Source: Macrostomum lignano
Lineage: Eukaryota
Direction of reading: 5' to 3'
DNA length: 34,670 nucleotides
NCBI GenBank assembly: GCA_002269645.1
Contig: NIVC01004807.1
Location: forward strand, 1-34,670
Positions 11,501-22,000 of the stretch are shown here, piece after piece (within the stretch, counting starts at the first letter, position 1; each line of letters opens with the position of its first letter). A program made the position numbers and the translations under genes. Below the pieces are notes generated by a model, which saw only the letters and a list, made by a program, of their open reading frames with translations, was not told where the DNA came from and did not search any database.

Positions 11501-12701
11501 GAGAGAAGAGACGAGAGCGGAGAGAAGAGACGAGAGGGGAGAGAAGAGACGAGAGGGGAGAGAAGAGACGAGAGCGGAGAGAAGAGACGAGAGGGAGGAA
11601 AGAGACGAGAGCGGAGAGAAGAGACGAGAGGGGAGAGAAGAGACGAGAGCGGAGAGAAGAGACGAGAGCGGAGAGAAGAGACGAGAGGGGAGAGAAGAGA
11701 CGAGAGCGGAGAGAAGAGACGAGAGGGGAGAGAAGAGACGAGAGGGGAGAGAAGAGACGAGAGCGGAGAGAAGAGACGAGAGCGGAGGAAAGAGACGAGA
11801 GCGGAGAGAAGAGACGAGAAGGGAGAAAAGAGACGAGAGGAGGAGAAAAGAGACGAGAGGGGAGGGAAGAGACGAAAGGAGACACTAAAGGAGAAAAGTG
11901 TAAGAAAGTGCGTAAGACTACAAGGAGGACGTGAGCAACTGACACTCATGTGACACGCTTGCAAAACACTCGAAAATTTCGCAGGACCTCGTCCGCGATC
12001 TGGACACAAACAATCTCATTCCCGCCGAGGTGGACGATCTCCTGAAGAATACCCTGCCAAATTTCGCTTCGGCAATTGACTCGGAGAATTTCGCTTCGAG
12101 CATTCTGGAATTGAACAAACCGTTGCTGTTACTGTCCGCAGCGGACTTTCGCAGCCTTCGGCGGCACCTGAGCCGGCTTGAGGACAATCTGAGGCGAGCA
12201 AATTCTACCGATCGAAGACCCGACCTGATCAACTACATGGCGCACAAAACTGAGAGAAATATCGACAGATGGAACCGGACACTCATAGCGGGACTAAAAT
12301 TTCTATTAGGAAATTTTACAACTCTGCAAACGAATCGAAGATTAACAAATTTGACGTTTAGTCTGACGGTTGATGCGTTGAATCTTAAAAAAACTTTAGC
12401 GAACAAATATTTCTTGCTAAGGTCGATTGCTAGACGCTACAATGAGACTCTGTTTGAGCACATGTCGATGATTGCCGAGCTTGGGAACAGCCTCATCAGT
12501 CGGCTGCTCAATCGGGTTGGACGGTGCGGTCCGCTGCGCGACATCTTTCAGATTTCCGTCAAATGGTGCCAGGTGCAAATTGAGCCACTGCCAGAAACTG
12601 GGATCTACTTGATGGCGTCTTGTATTGCATTTTACATTATGGTGCATCTCATGCTGTGCCTCATGTATCGCATGAGAACGAAAACTGAGGTGTACTCTTA
12701 A
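8518..12701 (+). CDS. Prominin-like pentaspan membrane glycoprotein, ~903 aa; exons 8518-10512 and 11985-12701
   Basis: 669-aa and 223-aa ORFs joined by a phase-0 GT..AG intron (ATACAG|gtgaag ... tttcgcag|GACCTC). Several hydrophobic TM segments alternate with two large N-glycosylated loops. Prominin-like motifs: DACRYL after TM, CGNDSVTIFQALGL, VGRCGPL before the last TM. No obvious signal peptide, so an upstream exon is possible. Confidence 0.72.
10665..11885. repeat. ~1.2 kb purine-rich 19-bp satellite (GAGAG[C/G]GGAGAGAAGAGAC)n inside the prominin-like intron
   Basis: Directly visible. The 19-nt unit explains the 19-aa periodicity of the three spurious long ORFs. Confidence 0.97.
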
Positions 12702-12800
12702 CGGGTGAGGCACTCTTCCAATGGGTGAGGCACTCTTCCAATGGGTGAGGCACTCTTCCAACGGGTGAGGCACTCTTCCAACGGGTGAGGCACTCTTCCA
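12701..12800. repeat. 20-bp tandem repeat (ACGGGTGAGGCACTCTTCCA), 5 copies
   Basis: Directly visible, starting at the prominin-like stop codon. Confidence 0.95.
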
Positions 12801-13899
12801 ATTGCTATTTGCCTGTCTGCTAGAACTTTTTTTCTCAATTTACTGATTGTAACTTCGAATACTACTACAGTGGCTACTAAGTAGTAGTTCAATCGCTATT
12901 TTAAATCCGATTTTCTGGTGCAGAGTCAGGTTTTGGAGAAGTCTTTCGTCTTTAAAACTTTATTGCCAGTTTAATCTGCTCTCGCGTCATAAAACCACAA
13001 AAACCAGATAATTTTTTATATCTCTAGGCCCTACATAAAGTAGCGAGTCGAGTAGAGAATTTGGATATTTTGCTTCTCTTTTCATTGGAATTGTAGTTCG
13101 AATTCAAACTAGCTTATTGTACAGTACAAATTTGCTTCTTTTTTACTTTTTAAATTTGTTTGATGTTAATCGAATTTTGTTGAAACCTGAACATACGTCT
13201 TGCCTTGCCGCCCACTGGGTCGTCAAACTCCACAATTAATATGAAAACAAAAACAATTTTTGCGTTTTCCAAAATACAATGCGCCTTAGGAAAATATTCA
13301 TTTTTTCTTGCTATTTTTGAATTGCCAAAGTTGGAAACAACTAATCTTTGCCTTTCCATCTTTTTGTATTTGGTTAATTGTCACAGTGAATAATTGAAAA
13401 AAGGAATATCTGTCAGTCAGTTAGGCGTCATCAAGGCTAATAAATATTATGATTTTATAATTTTATAAACATGTAAAGATTGCTTTCGTCAGTCAAGTTG
13501 ATAATTACGCCAATCAAATGGGGATAATAAGGAGGAGGGAGCAGCCCATTTGGGCCTTCGCGCATTTAATTTAATCCAAGATTCATTTGCCAATGCAATG
13601 GGGCTTTTGTCTATGGTAGCAAGGGGTTTCAGAAAGCTATATTAAAAACAGCACTAATTGTCAAAAGTTTTGTGCCCAAAATTGTCTATGGCGAAGTGGA
13701 GTTTCTGTAACTGGCTTTGATTGGCTTTATTGTCTTTGGCCGAGTGTAGATCTGTGGCAGTGGCTTTTATTATCAGCAAAAGTCCACAACACCCTGCGGT
13801 TTATGTACAGAGGAAGACTATAAAATAAAAATACATTAGATTTTTAAAAAGACATTAGATTACATTAGAAAATAAAAGATTAGCACCTGCTACTAATTT

Positions 13900-16800
13900 T
13901 CAAATGTAGGCGGTTACCAACAATTCAAAGCCATTGATTGTTTGGTCTCCGTTAGGTGAGACCAAGTGATGCAGCTGGCACAGCAGTTCGCGCAGCTTCG
14001 CAGTTGTCAACCCAGCAGCGTACTCAATGACTGGCCAATCGGCTGATACCTGCTGCTTAACGTCAATTGCTACCAGAGCTCTCATGCTGAGTCGTCTCTG
14101 TGCTAGAACTCTTTGACGAATGTCCGACAGAATGTCTGACAGCACTGGCAGCTGGTCACGGCGAGACTGGATAATTTCGAGTTGTCGGATTACTTTTAAT
14201 CATTCATAACTCGTGATCTGGGAAAAGCCAGCAGTTTCTGCACACTAAGTAGTTACGTACGCAGTCACACAAGCTCACACAGGATGTAAAACGGCCCTGA
14301 CTTTCTCACCGAGAGATAATTGTACACAGTTCTTACCATGCGAAAAATGTTGACTGCCTGACTAAAGTAGACACTGTACTCCACAACCAAATAGCTTTGA
14401 GTGAACATTGCCAGCTGCAAGGTGACTTGGCGTTCACGAGTTCTCAACTCAACAGATGCATTGATTACACCGGCCGATGGCGAGCTTGACGCGGATGCTG
14501 TGGGGGGAGATCCGGTTAAGAATGTTAAGTTAAGTTAAGAATCTCCGCCGCCCCTCCCCATCTACCGAGTGCACCTGTTAAACCAAACCCATCTGGACGT
14601 CTCACCCGGCCAAAGCTCCGGCGTGGCAGAGTAGAACAGCTCCATGAACTGCACAAACTGCAACTCATCCTTGATATCTCGAGCAGCCAGGGTCTCGGCG
14701 CTGTCACCAGCAGCATTTCGCTTGTCGGGACTGGCGCCAGCGCTCAGCAAGAATTGAACCAGTCCAAGGTGGCCTCCAGTGGTGGCTCTGGTCAGCCAAG
14801 TCTCGCCATCTGCCGGGTCGATGGCGTCAATATCGACACCAAGCCGATCAGTGAGCAGGTTCAATAGTTTCACGTTGAACTGGGGAACTGCCATTGACAG
14901 CAGGCGTCTGGGAAGACCTTCAATAAATTCATCGGAACAGAAATCGAAGCTGAACACTATCAGAGCTTCCAGGATTCTTCTGTGACCAGCCTCGACAGCA
15001 AATTCAAGAAGCTGCTGGTGCTGCTGTTCGCGATGATGTCGCTGACGATGCCAGTCCTCTCGACGCTGGTAGCATAGTCTGTCAAGTCAGCCGGGTCGGT
15101 AATAAAAAAGGTGATGTTTTTTACATGACAATCTTTACTAGCTCATCTAGACTTTTTGCGACGCAATTATCACTATGGAGCCTTAAAGTCGTATCTGAGG
15201 CGTGCAAGAGTCGCTTTAGAAGCCTTGAGGCACACTCAGTGCTTCTGCGCATCTGCACATCTTCTGCGCATCTGCACATCTTCGTCACTTAATGAATTAG
15301 AATCGCATTTCACATTTATATCAACTCTATTATTTAGTCAACTTGACTTAGTAGAAAGTTATGCGTTAGCACAGCGACAGCGAATTTTTTGCGACTGGCA
15401 ATTCTTTACAACTCACGTGATGCGCTCGTGACTCAACAGTCACCTCTCCGTCGCATTTCAGTCGTTTTAGCTGTTAAAAAGTCACAGGAGTCACCCCAGA
15501 GTCAATAGAGTTACTGGTGAGTTGTTTGCAATGACTATTTAGCGGTTCTTAGCACGGTAACGTTTTCAACGGGGTTGGGCCGCCTCGAAAGGGTCAAATT
15601 CAGCTGCGTACTAACTCCAATCGACTAGTCTCTGTTGTTATCGAATACTGTTGAAATTCTGTCTCTTTGACTTTGAGTTTCAGAGAAGAACATCGGTAAT
15701 GATACTGCATGGTCGGTAATCGGTAATGTATAAATATGATATTCTGCTGGTTACTTCTCAGGATTTTGGAAAAAAACTTACTTTGAAATTTCAATACATC
15801 CGTTTCATACATCGAAGTAGCAACTCGATGGTGCGCAGGACACACACGGCTACTGCTTCACTCACCTAGCCAGAACTTCAGCCTCCCATCCGCGTTGCAC
15901 AGCGAGTCCCAGCAGACTGACGCCGGAGTCTCCCAGGCTCGGCAGCGGCAGAATTTGTTGAGCTTTGCATCCGCGATGACCCGCCAAGCAGCGCAGCACG
16001 TTTAGGCAGCTTCTTTCGGCGAGCAACTGCGACGGCGTTCGGCCAGTCTTGTCCGTCCTGTCCAACGGGCCGCCGCGTCTGGCGATGAGCTGCAAAACTG
16101 CGCAGGCTGTGGCCTCGTCCGGGCAGTGGGCGCAGCACAGGTGAGCCAAGGTCAAGTCTGAGTGGCTTTTAACCGAGGCTGAGCACTTTCCTTCGATCAG
16201 TAGGTAACGTAGAGCCGACAGTTTCCCTAGCGCGGCGGCCCAGAAAGTTGGAGTGAAGCCATGACGGTCGCGATGATCCAGGGTGGCGCCAGCAGCCTTC
16301 AGATAGCGCAGAATCGCCTCTGTGGCGTCGGGATTTTCGCAGAGGATGGCAGCGACGGGCAGAGTTAGCGACAGCAAGCCGTCTTTGGCGCCGCAGAGTC
16401 CGCTTGGAATTGAGGCTGTTGGGAGCTGCTCAACAAGGGTTAACGAGATTAGTGACTGTCTTTAATATTATAGAAACAAAGAGGACAATGAAAATTCATT
16501 TGTCTCGAGAGGGTTCATGCGTAACTCTTGGGCAAGCAAGTGTAGCCATGCTCAAAAGTACAAAAATATTCCTTACGTTGATCCCTCCGGGGTGACAGTC
16601 GAATACGAAGTTCAAATTAATTCCGCAATTTTTAACCGCTGCATCGAGCAGGTCAATGCGACCCAGAGCTGTCTTATTGATCAGGCAGTGCTGTATAACA
16701 TAGTCGCTGGCGGTCTTGTAAATAATAGGCGGTGGCTTCTTGTTCATTGCGCCCAGTGACCCGGCTACCACCTCTTGTAAGTCGATGGAAGCAAGTATCC

Positions 16801-17753
16801 AAACTGATTGAACAGCTTTGCAGACTTCCTGTTAAGTTTTAGAGGACTCTTCTTGTCGTTTAAACAAAGGGAATATCGAACGAACGAACGAACGAACGAA
16901 CGAACGAACGAACGAACGAACGAACGAACGAACGAACGAACGAACGAACGAACGAACGAACGAACGAACGAACGAACGAACGAACGAACGAACGAACGAA
17001 CGAACGAACGAACGAACGAACGAACGAACGAACGAACGAACGAACGAACGAACGAACGAACGAACGAACGAACGAACGAACGAACGAACGAACGAACGAA
17101 CGAACGAACGAACGAACGAACGAACGAATGAATGAATGAACGAATGAATGAACGAACGAACGAACACACAAACAAAAGAATGGACAAATAAAAAGGAATG
17201 AAAAGCAGTCAAAACAGAACCAGAGAACGAATATATGTAAAACGTGCACCCAACTACCGGTACTATCTACCTTTGCAGCACCGTAGGCTAGCACAATCTT
17301 CATGATCTCGTTAGCATCACGAACAGCTCGACTCGCTACAGCTCCGTACAACGCGTAATGAATCAACGATACACCTTCGAAATCAGTGAATTCGTTCTCG
17401 TCAGTCAGCAGAGTGGGATCCGCTAGCAGCAGTTCGCGTACAATCTCGGGAGATCCGTGAGACACCGCTCGCATCAGCGCGGACTTGCCGCGATTGTCTC
17501 GCATAGCCGGATTGGCCCCGTGTTCGAGCAGAAGCTTGGTGCAAGCCAGGTGATTATAGCCACAGGTAATGTGAAGCGGTGTCTTACCATTTCTAGCCCT
17601 AAACTTGATGTTGGGATCCACCATGCCAGCCTGTAGAATCATTCTGACAGCGCTTGTGTTGTTCTCTTCAAGAGCTGATACGAATGTCGCCATCAGTTCG
17701 GCGGCCGCGCGATCTCGGGGCGACCCGAATAGCCAGCCTCGAAATAGATCCAT
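13900..17753 (-). CDS. Multi-exon ankyrin-repeat protein; approximate exons 17271-17753, 16577-16771, 15866-16425, 14606-15078, 14337-14497, ~13900-14166
   Basis: Ankyrin motifs GKTPLHITC, GKSALMRAV, GFTPTFWAA, GRTPSQL, GETWLTRA, GHLGLVQFLL lie in successive minus-strand ORFs. Phase-compatible GT/AG boundaries were found by hand (0,0,2,1,0). The exon 1/2 junction and the last acceptor have alternatives. Confidence 0.8.
16876..17165. repeat. (CGAA)n tetranucleotide microsatellite in the ankyrin gene intron
   Basis: Directly visible, ~60 perfect units degrading into GAAT units. Confidence 0.98.
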
Positions 17754-18437
17754 TTGTTGTTGCTTCTAGAATCTTCTTTATAATATTGCTCTGTGTAGCT
17801 GGCGCTCTTATGATTGCAGTCGAATCTTTTTTTGGTTTCAGCTTCCCTCACAAATACGAGTAAAAGTTAAATAACTGAACTATCTAAACAACGTACTGAA
17901 CAATAGACGAGGGTTGAAATAAATTTTCGTTTTCGTTTTCCTACTGCACTGCACTAATTGTGGCGTACATTCAGACTAATCTCTCTACTGTACTGTGTAG
18001 TACATGCAAGTTGCTGCACAAGAAAGTTTTAATGTACAGTTGCACGTGCGCGACTACGTACAGTAAAGCGATTGGGGTGTGTAGAAAATACCCCTGCCTA
18101 TCTTAATAAAATAGCTGGCGGTGCCTCTAAAAGCGGAATTCAAACAGCGCACATTTAAATATTGTTCCTTGTATTGAATGTACGCGAGGATTTGGTATAC
18201 TCTTGCACTTTTTCTGCGAAATCGAATCAAACTGCTCTGATATATGGCAAACTGTTGCAGCAGTACACTGTGCCTAATATTATTGCTCTGCTCTAAAAGC
18301 TGTGGCTGCATGTGTCACGACTTTCTTATCGTCAATTTCTTCAGTTCATCTGCACTTGTCTCTATTTACCTGCTTTCTCTGTCTCTCTTTCCGCTCCATG
18401 CTCCTAGCTCAACAGAAATAAATACGTAGTTCAGTTA

Positions 18438-18571
18438 AGTAGTAGGGGAAATGTGGACTCTGCCGCAGGAATTTCCGTGGGAAAACCACGGGCCTATGTG
18501 TGTAAACATAGCGCCTATGTAAATGCATTGGTGGACTCTGCCGCAGGGAAAGCCACGGAATTTCCATGGGG
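18438..18571 (+). repeat. Left terminal inverted repeat of the Maverick
   Basis: Matches the reverse complement of 34535-34670 apart from a few substitutions and small indels; 5'-AGTAGT terminus typical of Polintons. Confidence 0.96.
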
Positions 18572-19435
18572 GGGGGTCGGAGAGCGAAATATACGGGCTT
18601 TTCATATGACCGATTCCAGGACCAGAATCGGTTCGAAGCTTTTCATATTGTCTGTTCCGTTTTCATAGTCGGTTCCAAAACCGCGATCCGATTCTGGAAT
18701 TCGGTTCGAGAAATTTTCTCGATCTTTTATCGTATTTCTATAGAAACGAAAGGACGAATTTGAAATAACATTTCAAACATTTGAAAAGAATACTAGTTTC
18801 TAGATTTTAAATGAAAATGTTTTTATCCTTTGAGAAGTAATTAAGCTAATTAGACAAAAAAAGAAAAATTTGACGCTTTTCATTTTCCTACTACTCGATC
18901 TTCAATGAAAAAAGCCGAATAGAGCTCTATGTAAATGGATTGGTGGACTCCGCCGCAGGGGAAAGCAGCACAAGTTCCTGGGAAGCCCAAAACTGACTCT
19001 CTAAAAATAGTAAAAAACTTCTCTAGTGTACATTAGCCATAGTTAATTGAAAATTGGGCGAACCTGGCTTCCGATCTCCACAATATTTAAACTTTGTTGG
19101 CAGTGGGAATACATAGGCCTATGTTCATGAGTTCCTCCGCACTTTAGTACGAGTCTCGCAAACTGGACTGAATTTGTTGTGAAAGTGAGCTTGCAAAGCG
19201 CCGTTTATTGCCTTGTTATTGTTTTTCTTGATACTGCTGATTTGGCGCGGGGAAGTGGGGTGCAGGTCTGGGGTGGAGGTCTTTAAAACTAACTGATGCA
19301 CGCGACGGGGGAATGTTATCAGTTTTATTATTATTATTGCTCAATAACGGTAAGAAAATAATTAGTGCATACACATATGTAACGTTTAAACATATCTGTA
19401 TGTGTACATATAGGCGATATTGCCTGGTGATTTGG

Positions 19436-19445
19436 ATATAAGGAC
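19436..19445 (+). promoter_or_regulatory. TATA-type motif ATATAAGGAC upstream of ORF1
   Basis: ~100 nt upstream of ATG 19546; identical 10-mer on the minus strand at 34461-34470. Confidence 0.55.
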
Positions 19446-19545
19446 TGAAAAATTCTACTGAGCCATTAAAATATATTTTGTTGAGATTTAAACGGACTTC
19501 GAAATTTCAAATTTTCACAAAAAACCCTTGATTAAATTTTAAACC

Positions 19546-20550
19546 ATGAGCCATTCTCGGTGCCCATCCTACGTTCATGAGGTGTGTGTCACCTGCAATA
19601 TTAGTATGCTCGGTGGACTAAAGCACCATGTAGCGAATGAAGGCTGCAGTGTCACCCGATGGCTACTATGCCATGAATGCCAGTCCGTTGAGCTCTTCAC
19701 CGTTAGAGGCCAAATCAAAAGGCATAAAAATCATTCGACTGTTAATTGGAGCTCTGCTGAAGACCGCGAGCAGGCACGCATTACTGCTCTGGAAGTTGCA
19801 CGTCAAGAGGAACGCAACAGGGCGGCAGAACGCATTCGAGACCCGGTGAGCACTTTGAGTCAAGTTATCACGAGCTTATGCGGCCGAGTAACGAACACTG
19901 GTGACCAGCCCAACGCCCAGCCTGCTGCTGCTTCTGCTGCTCTACTTGATGATGATGTCGGAGCTCCCCTGCTTGATGCTGCTGATGGAGGTGGCACCCC
20001 TGACTTCGAGCTGAATGAGCTGGACACCGCTTTCTTCGAGAACCTCGATGGTGAGCCTGAAGCACAGGAGCAGCAAGAAATGCAACAGCAGCAGCAGCGG
20101 CGTGCAATCCCTGTTCCCGAAAAAAATATGGAGCGTGCCAGGATGCTGGCAGAAGTCAGCCTGTCCGACGTGATTCGCGATATGGACTCGGGCCCTGCGC
20201 CTCCACCACCGCCACCACCGACTGAGGTTCAGCCTGCGGCCGAAGTCAGCCTGTCCGACCTGATTCGCGATATGGACTCAGGCCCTGCGCCTCCACCACC
20301 GCCACCACCGACTGAGGTTCAGCCTGCGGCCGAAGTCAGCCTGTCTGACCTGATTCGCGGTATGGACTCAGGCCCTGCGCCTGCACCACCGCCACCACCG
20401 ACTGAGGTTCAGCCTGCGGCCGCTAATGAAGTACTGCAGCAGCCAGCACCTCTCTGCATCCAGCTGGTTCTGCCCAACAGTGTTACGGGTGAATATTGGA
20501 TTGACTTGGGAGGGGCTTTCCGTATTCGCCTGAGCAATTCTCAATTCTAA
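19546..20550 (+). CDS. Maverick ORF1, 334 aa: Cys/His-rich N-terminus, acidic and Q-rich middle, three 30-aa Pro-rich repeats; function unknown
   Basis: Uninterrupted ATG-TAA ORF preceded by a TATA motif. CxxC...HH...CxxC...HxxH pattern; DFELNELDTAFFENLD segment; three ~90-bp repeats at ~20150-20420. Confidence 0.75.
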   Translation: MSHSRCPSYVHEVCVTCNISMLGGLKHHVANEGCSVTRWLLCHECQSVELFTVRGQIKRHKNHSTVNWSSAEDREQARITALEVARQEERNRAAERIRDPVSTLSQVITSLCGRVTNTGDQPNAQPAAASAALLDDDVGAPLLDAADGGGTPDFELNELDTAFFENLDGEPEAQEQQEMQQQQQRRAIPVPEKNMERARMLAEVSLSDVIRDMDSGPAPPPPPPPTEVQPAAEVSLSDLIRDMDSGPAPPPPPPPTEVQPAAEVSLSDLIRGMDSGPAPAPPPPPTEVQPAAANEVLQQPAPLCIQLVLPNSVTGEYWIDLGGAFRIRLSNSQF

Positions 20551-21337
20551 ACAAATAATTCTAATGTACCAGTCGTTAAATATTAAATTAGCAAACATTT
20601 TGTGTTGAATTAAATTGCGAGATGATTATCCGTATATTGCAAAAGTGAATAATATTTATTTTTCTTTTCAACATCTCATTGCTATTTTTAAAGTTCATAT
20701 TTATGCAGGCAGTGCGCGTTGATCAAGCTGTGCTTGGGTGTGAATGCAGATTGGGTTTGATTCTGTTTGGGTTTGCAATCTCCTTCTTTAACTTGTGCTT
20801 CTAATAATGTAGCGTATCGTTGCATTTTTAAAATATAAATTTTAAAGCGCAATGAAGCGCAGAATTTTGGAAAAGTTTGCTGCTTTGAGTTATTTTGAAA
20901 TATTTTTAGAATTCGTTTTATAAGACCCTTTTATTAAACCCTTTTATTAGACCCTTTATTAGACCCCGAAATTTGACACGTAACGACAAGACCCGAAGCA
21001 CAACTTTCGAAAATATGTACACTTAATACGAGCGTATATCCACAAATTAGGGATTTAAATTTACTTTTGCAAGAAAAAATAATTTCACAAATATGTATTT
21101 CAGCAAATTTCCTCATCTAATTCTCATCGAAAATGCTCTAAGCCGTGTCATCAACCGAACCGAGATGGCTTCTTCGAGAGACACTTCATCATCATCATCA
21201 GCAAGTGATCGGCCGCTTGAGTCTACCAATTTTGCTATCGAAATCGAACCAACCAGTGAGTCAATCCAATGTGATTAGTAAAGCCAGTAAAGTAGACTCT
21301 TCCCTCTATAAGTACAAGAAAAAGTAGTCATAAAACC

Positions 21338-21925
21338 CGATTCCTGATTCGCCGATTCACCGATTCCCGATTCACGGATTCACCGATTCCCGATTCACCG
21401 ATTCACCGATTCACCGATTCACTGATTCCCGATTCACCGATTCACTGATTCCCGATTCACCGATTCACCGATTCACTGATTCCCGATTCACCGATTCACT
21501 GATTCCCGATTCACCGATTCACCGATTCCCGATTCACCGATTCACCGATTCACTGATTCCCGATTCACCGATTCACTGATTAGCGATTCACCGATTCCCG
21601 ATTCACGGATTCACCGATTCCCGATTCACCGATTCACCGATTCACCGATTCACTGATTCCTGATTCACCGATTCACTGATTCCCGATTCACCGATTCACT
21701 GATTCCCGATTCACCGATTCACCGATTCACTGATTCCCGATTCCTGATTCACTGATTAGCGATTCACCGATTCCCGATTCGCCGATTCCCGATTCACCGA
21801 TTCCCGATTCGCCGATTCCCGATTCACTGATTAGCGATTCACCGATTCCCGATTCGCCGATTCCCGATTCACCGATTCCCGATTCGCCGATTCCCGATTC
21901 ACTGATTCCTGATTAACCGATTCCC
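21338..21925. repeat. Internal satellite of 7/8-bp units (TTCACCGA / TTCCCGA / TTCACTGA), ~590 bp
   Basis: Directly visible between ORF1 and pPolB. Confidence 0.96.
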
Positions 21926-22000
21926 GCACCATAATGAGGTGGAATTAGGATTATGATTTATAAATTTTAACTGCCGAGTGAAACGCGTACACCCAACAAC

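Noticed and set aside
10642-12009. Three long ORFs (455, 385, 360 aa) with SLLSPLV / ERRDE periodicity
   Set aside because: Stop-free translations of the 19-bp satellite inside an intron; no evidence of coding function.
14197-14199. In-frame TGA just after a candidate acceptor in the last ankyrin-gene exon (readthrough or selenocysteine?)
   Set aside because: A downstream phase-compatible acceptor (attatccag, ~14167) skips it, or the gene simply ends there; no SECIS evidence.
16765-17270. ORFs with (RSFV)n / (TNER)n, including the tail of the 297-aa ORF
   Set aside because: Translation of the (CGAA)n microsatellite; the ankyrin exon ends at a donor before it.
20150-20420. ActA-like EVH1-binding repeats in ORF1
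   Set aside because: The runs are APPPPPPPT and lack the F/L/W-PPPP core required for class I EVH1 binding; only generic poly-Pro function is kept.
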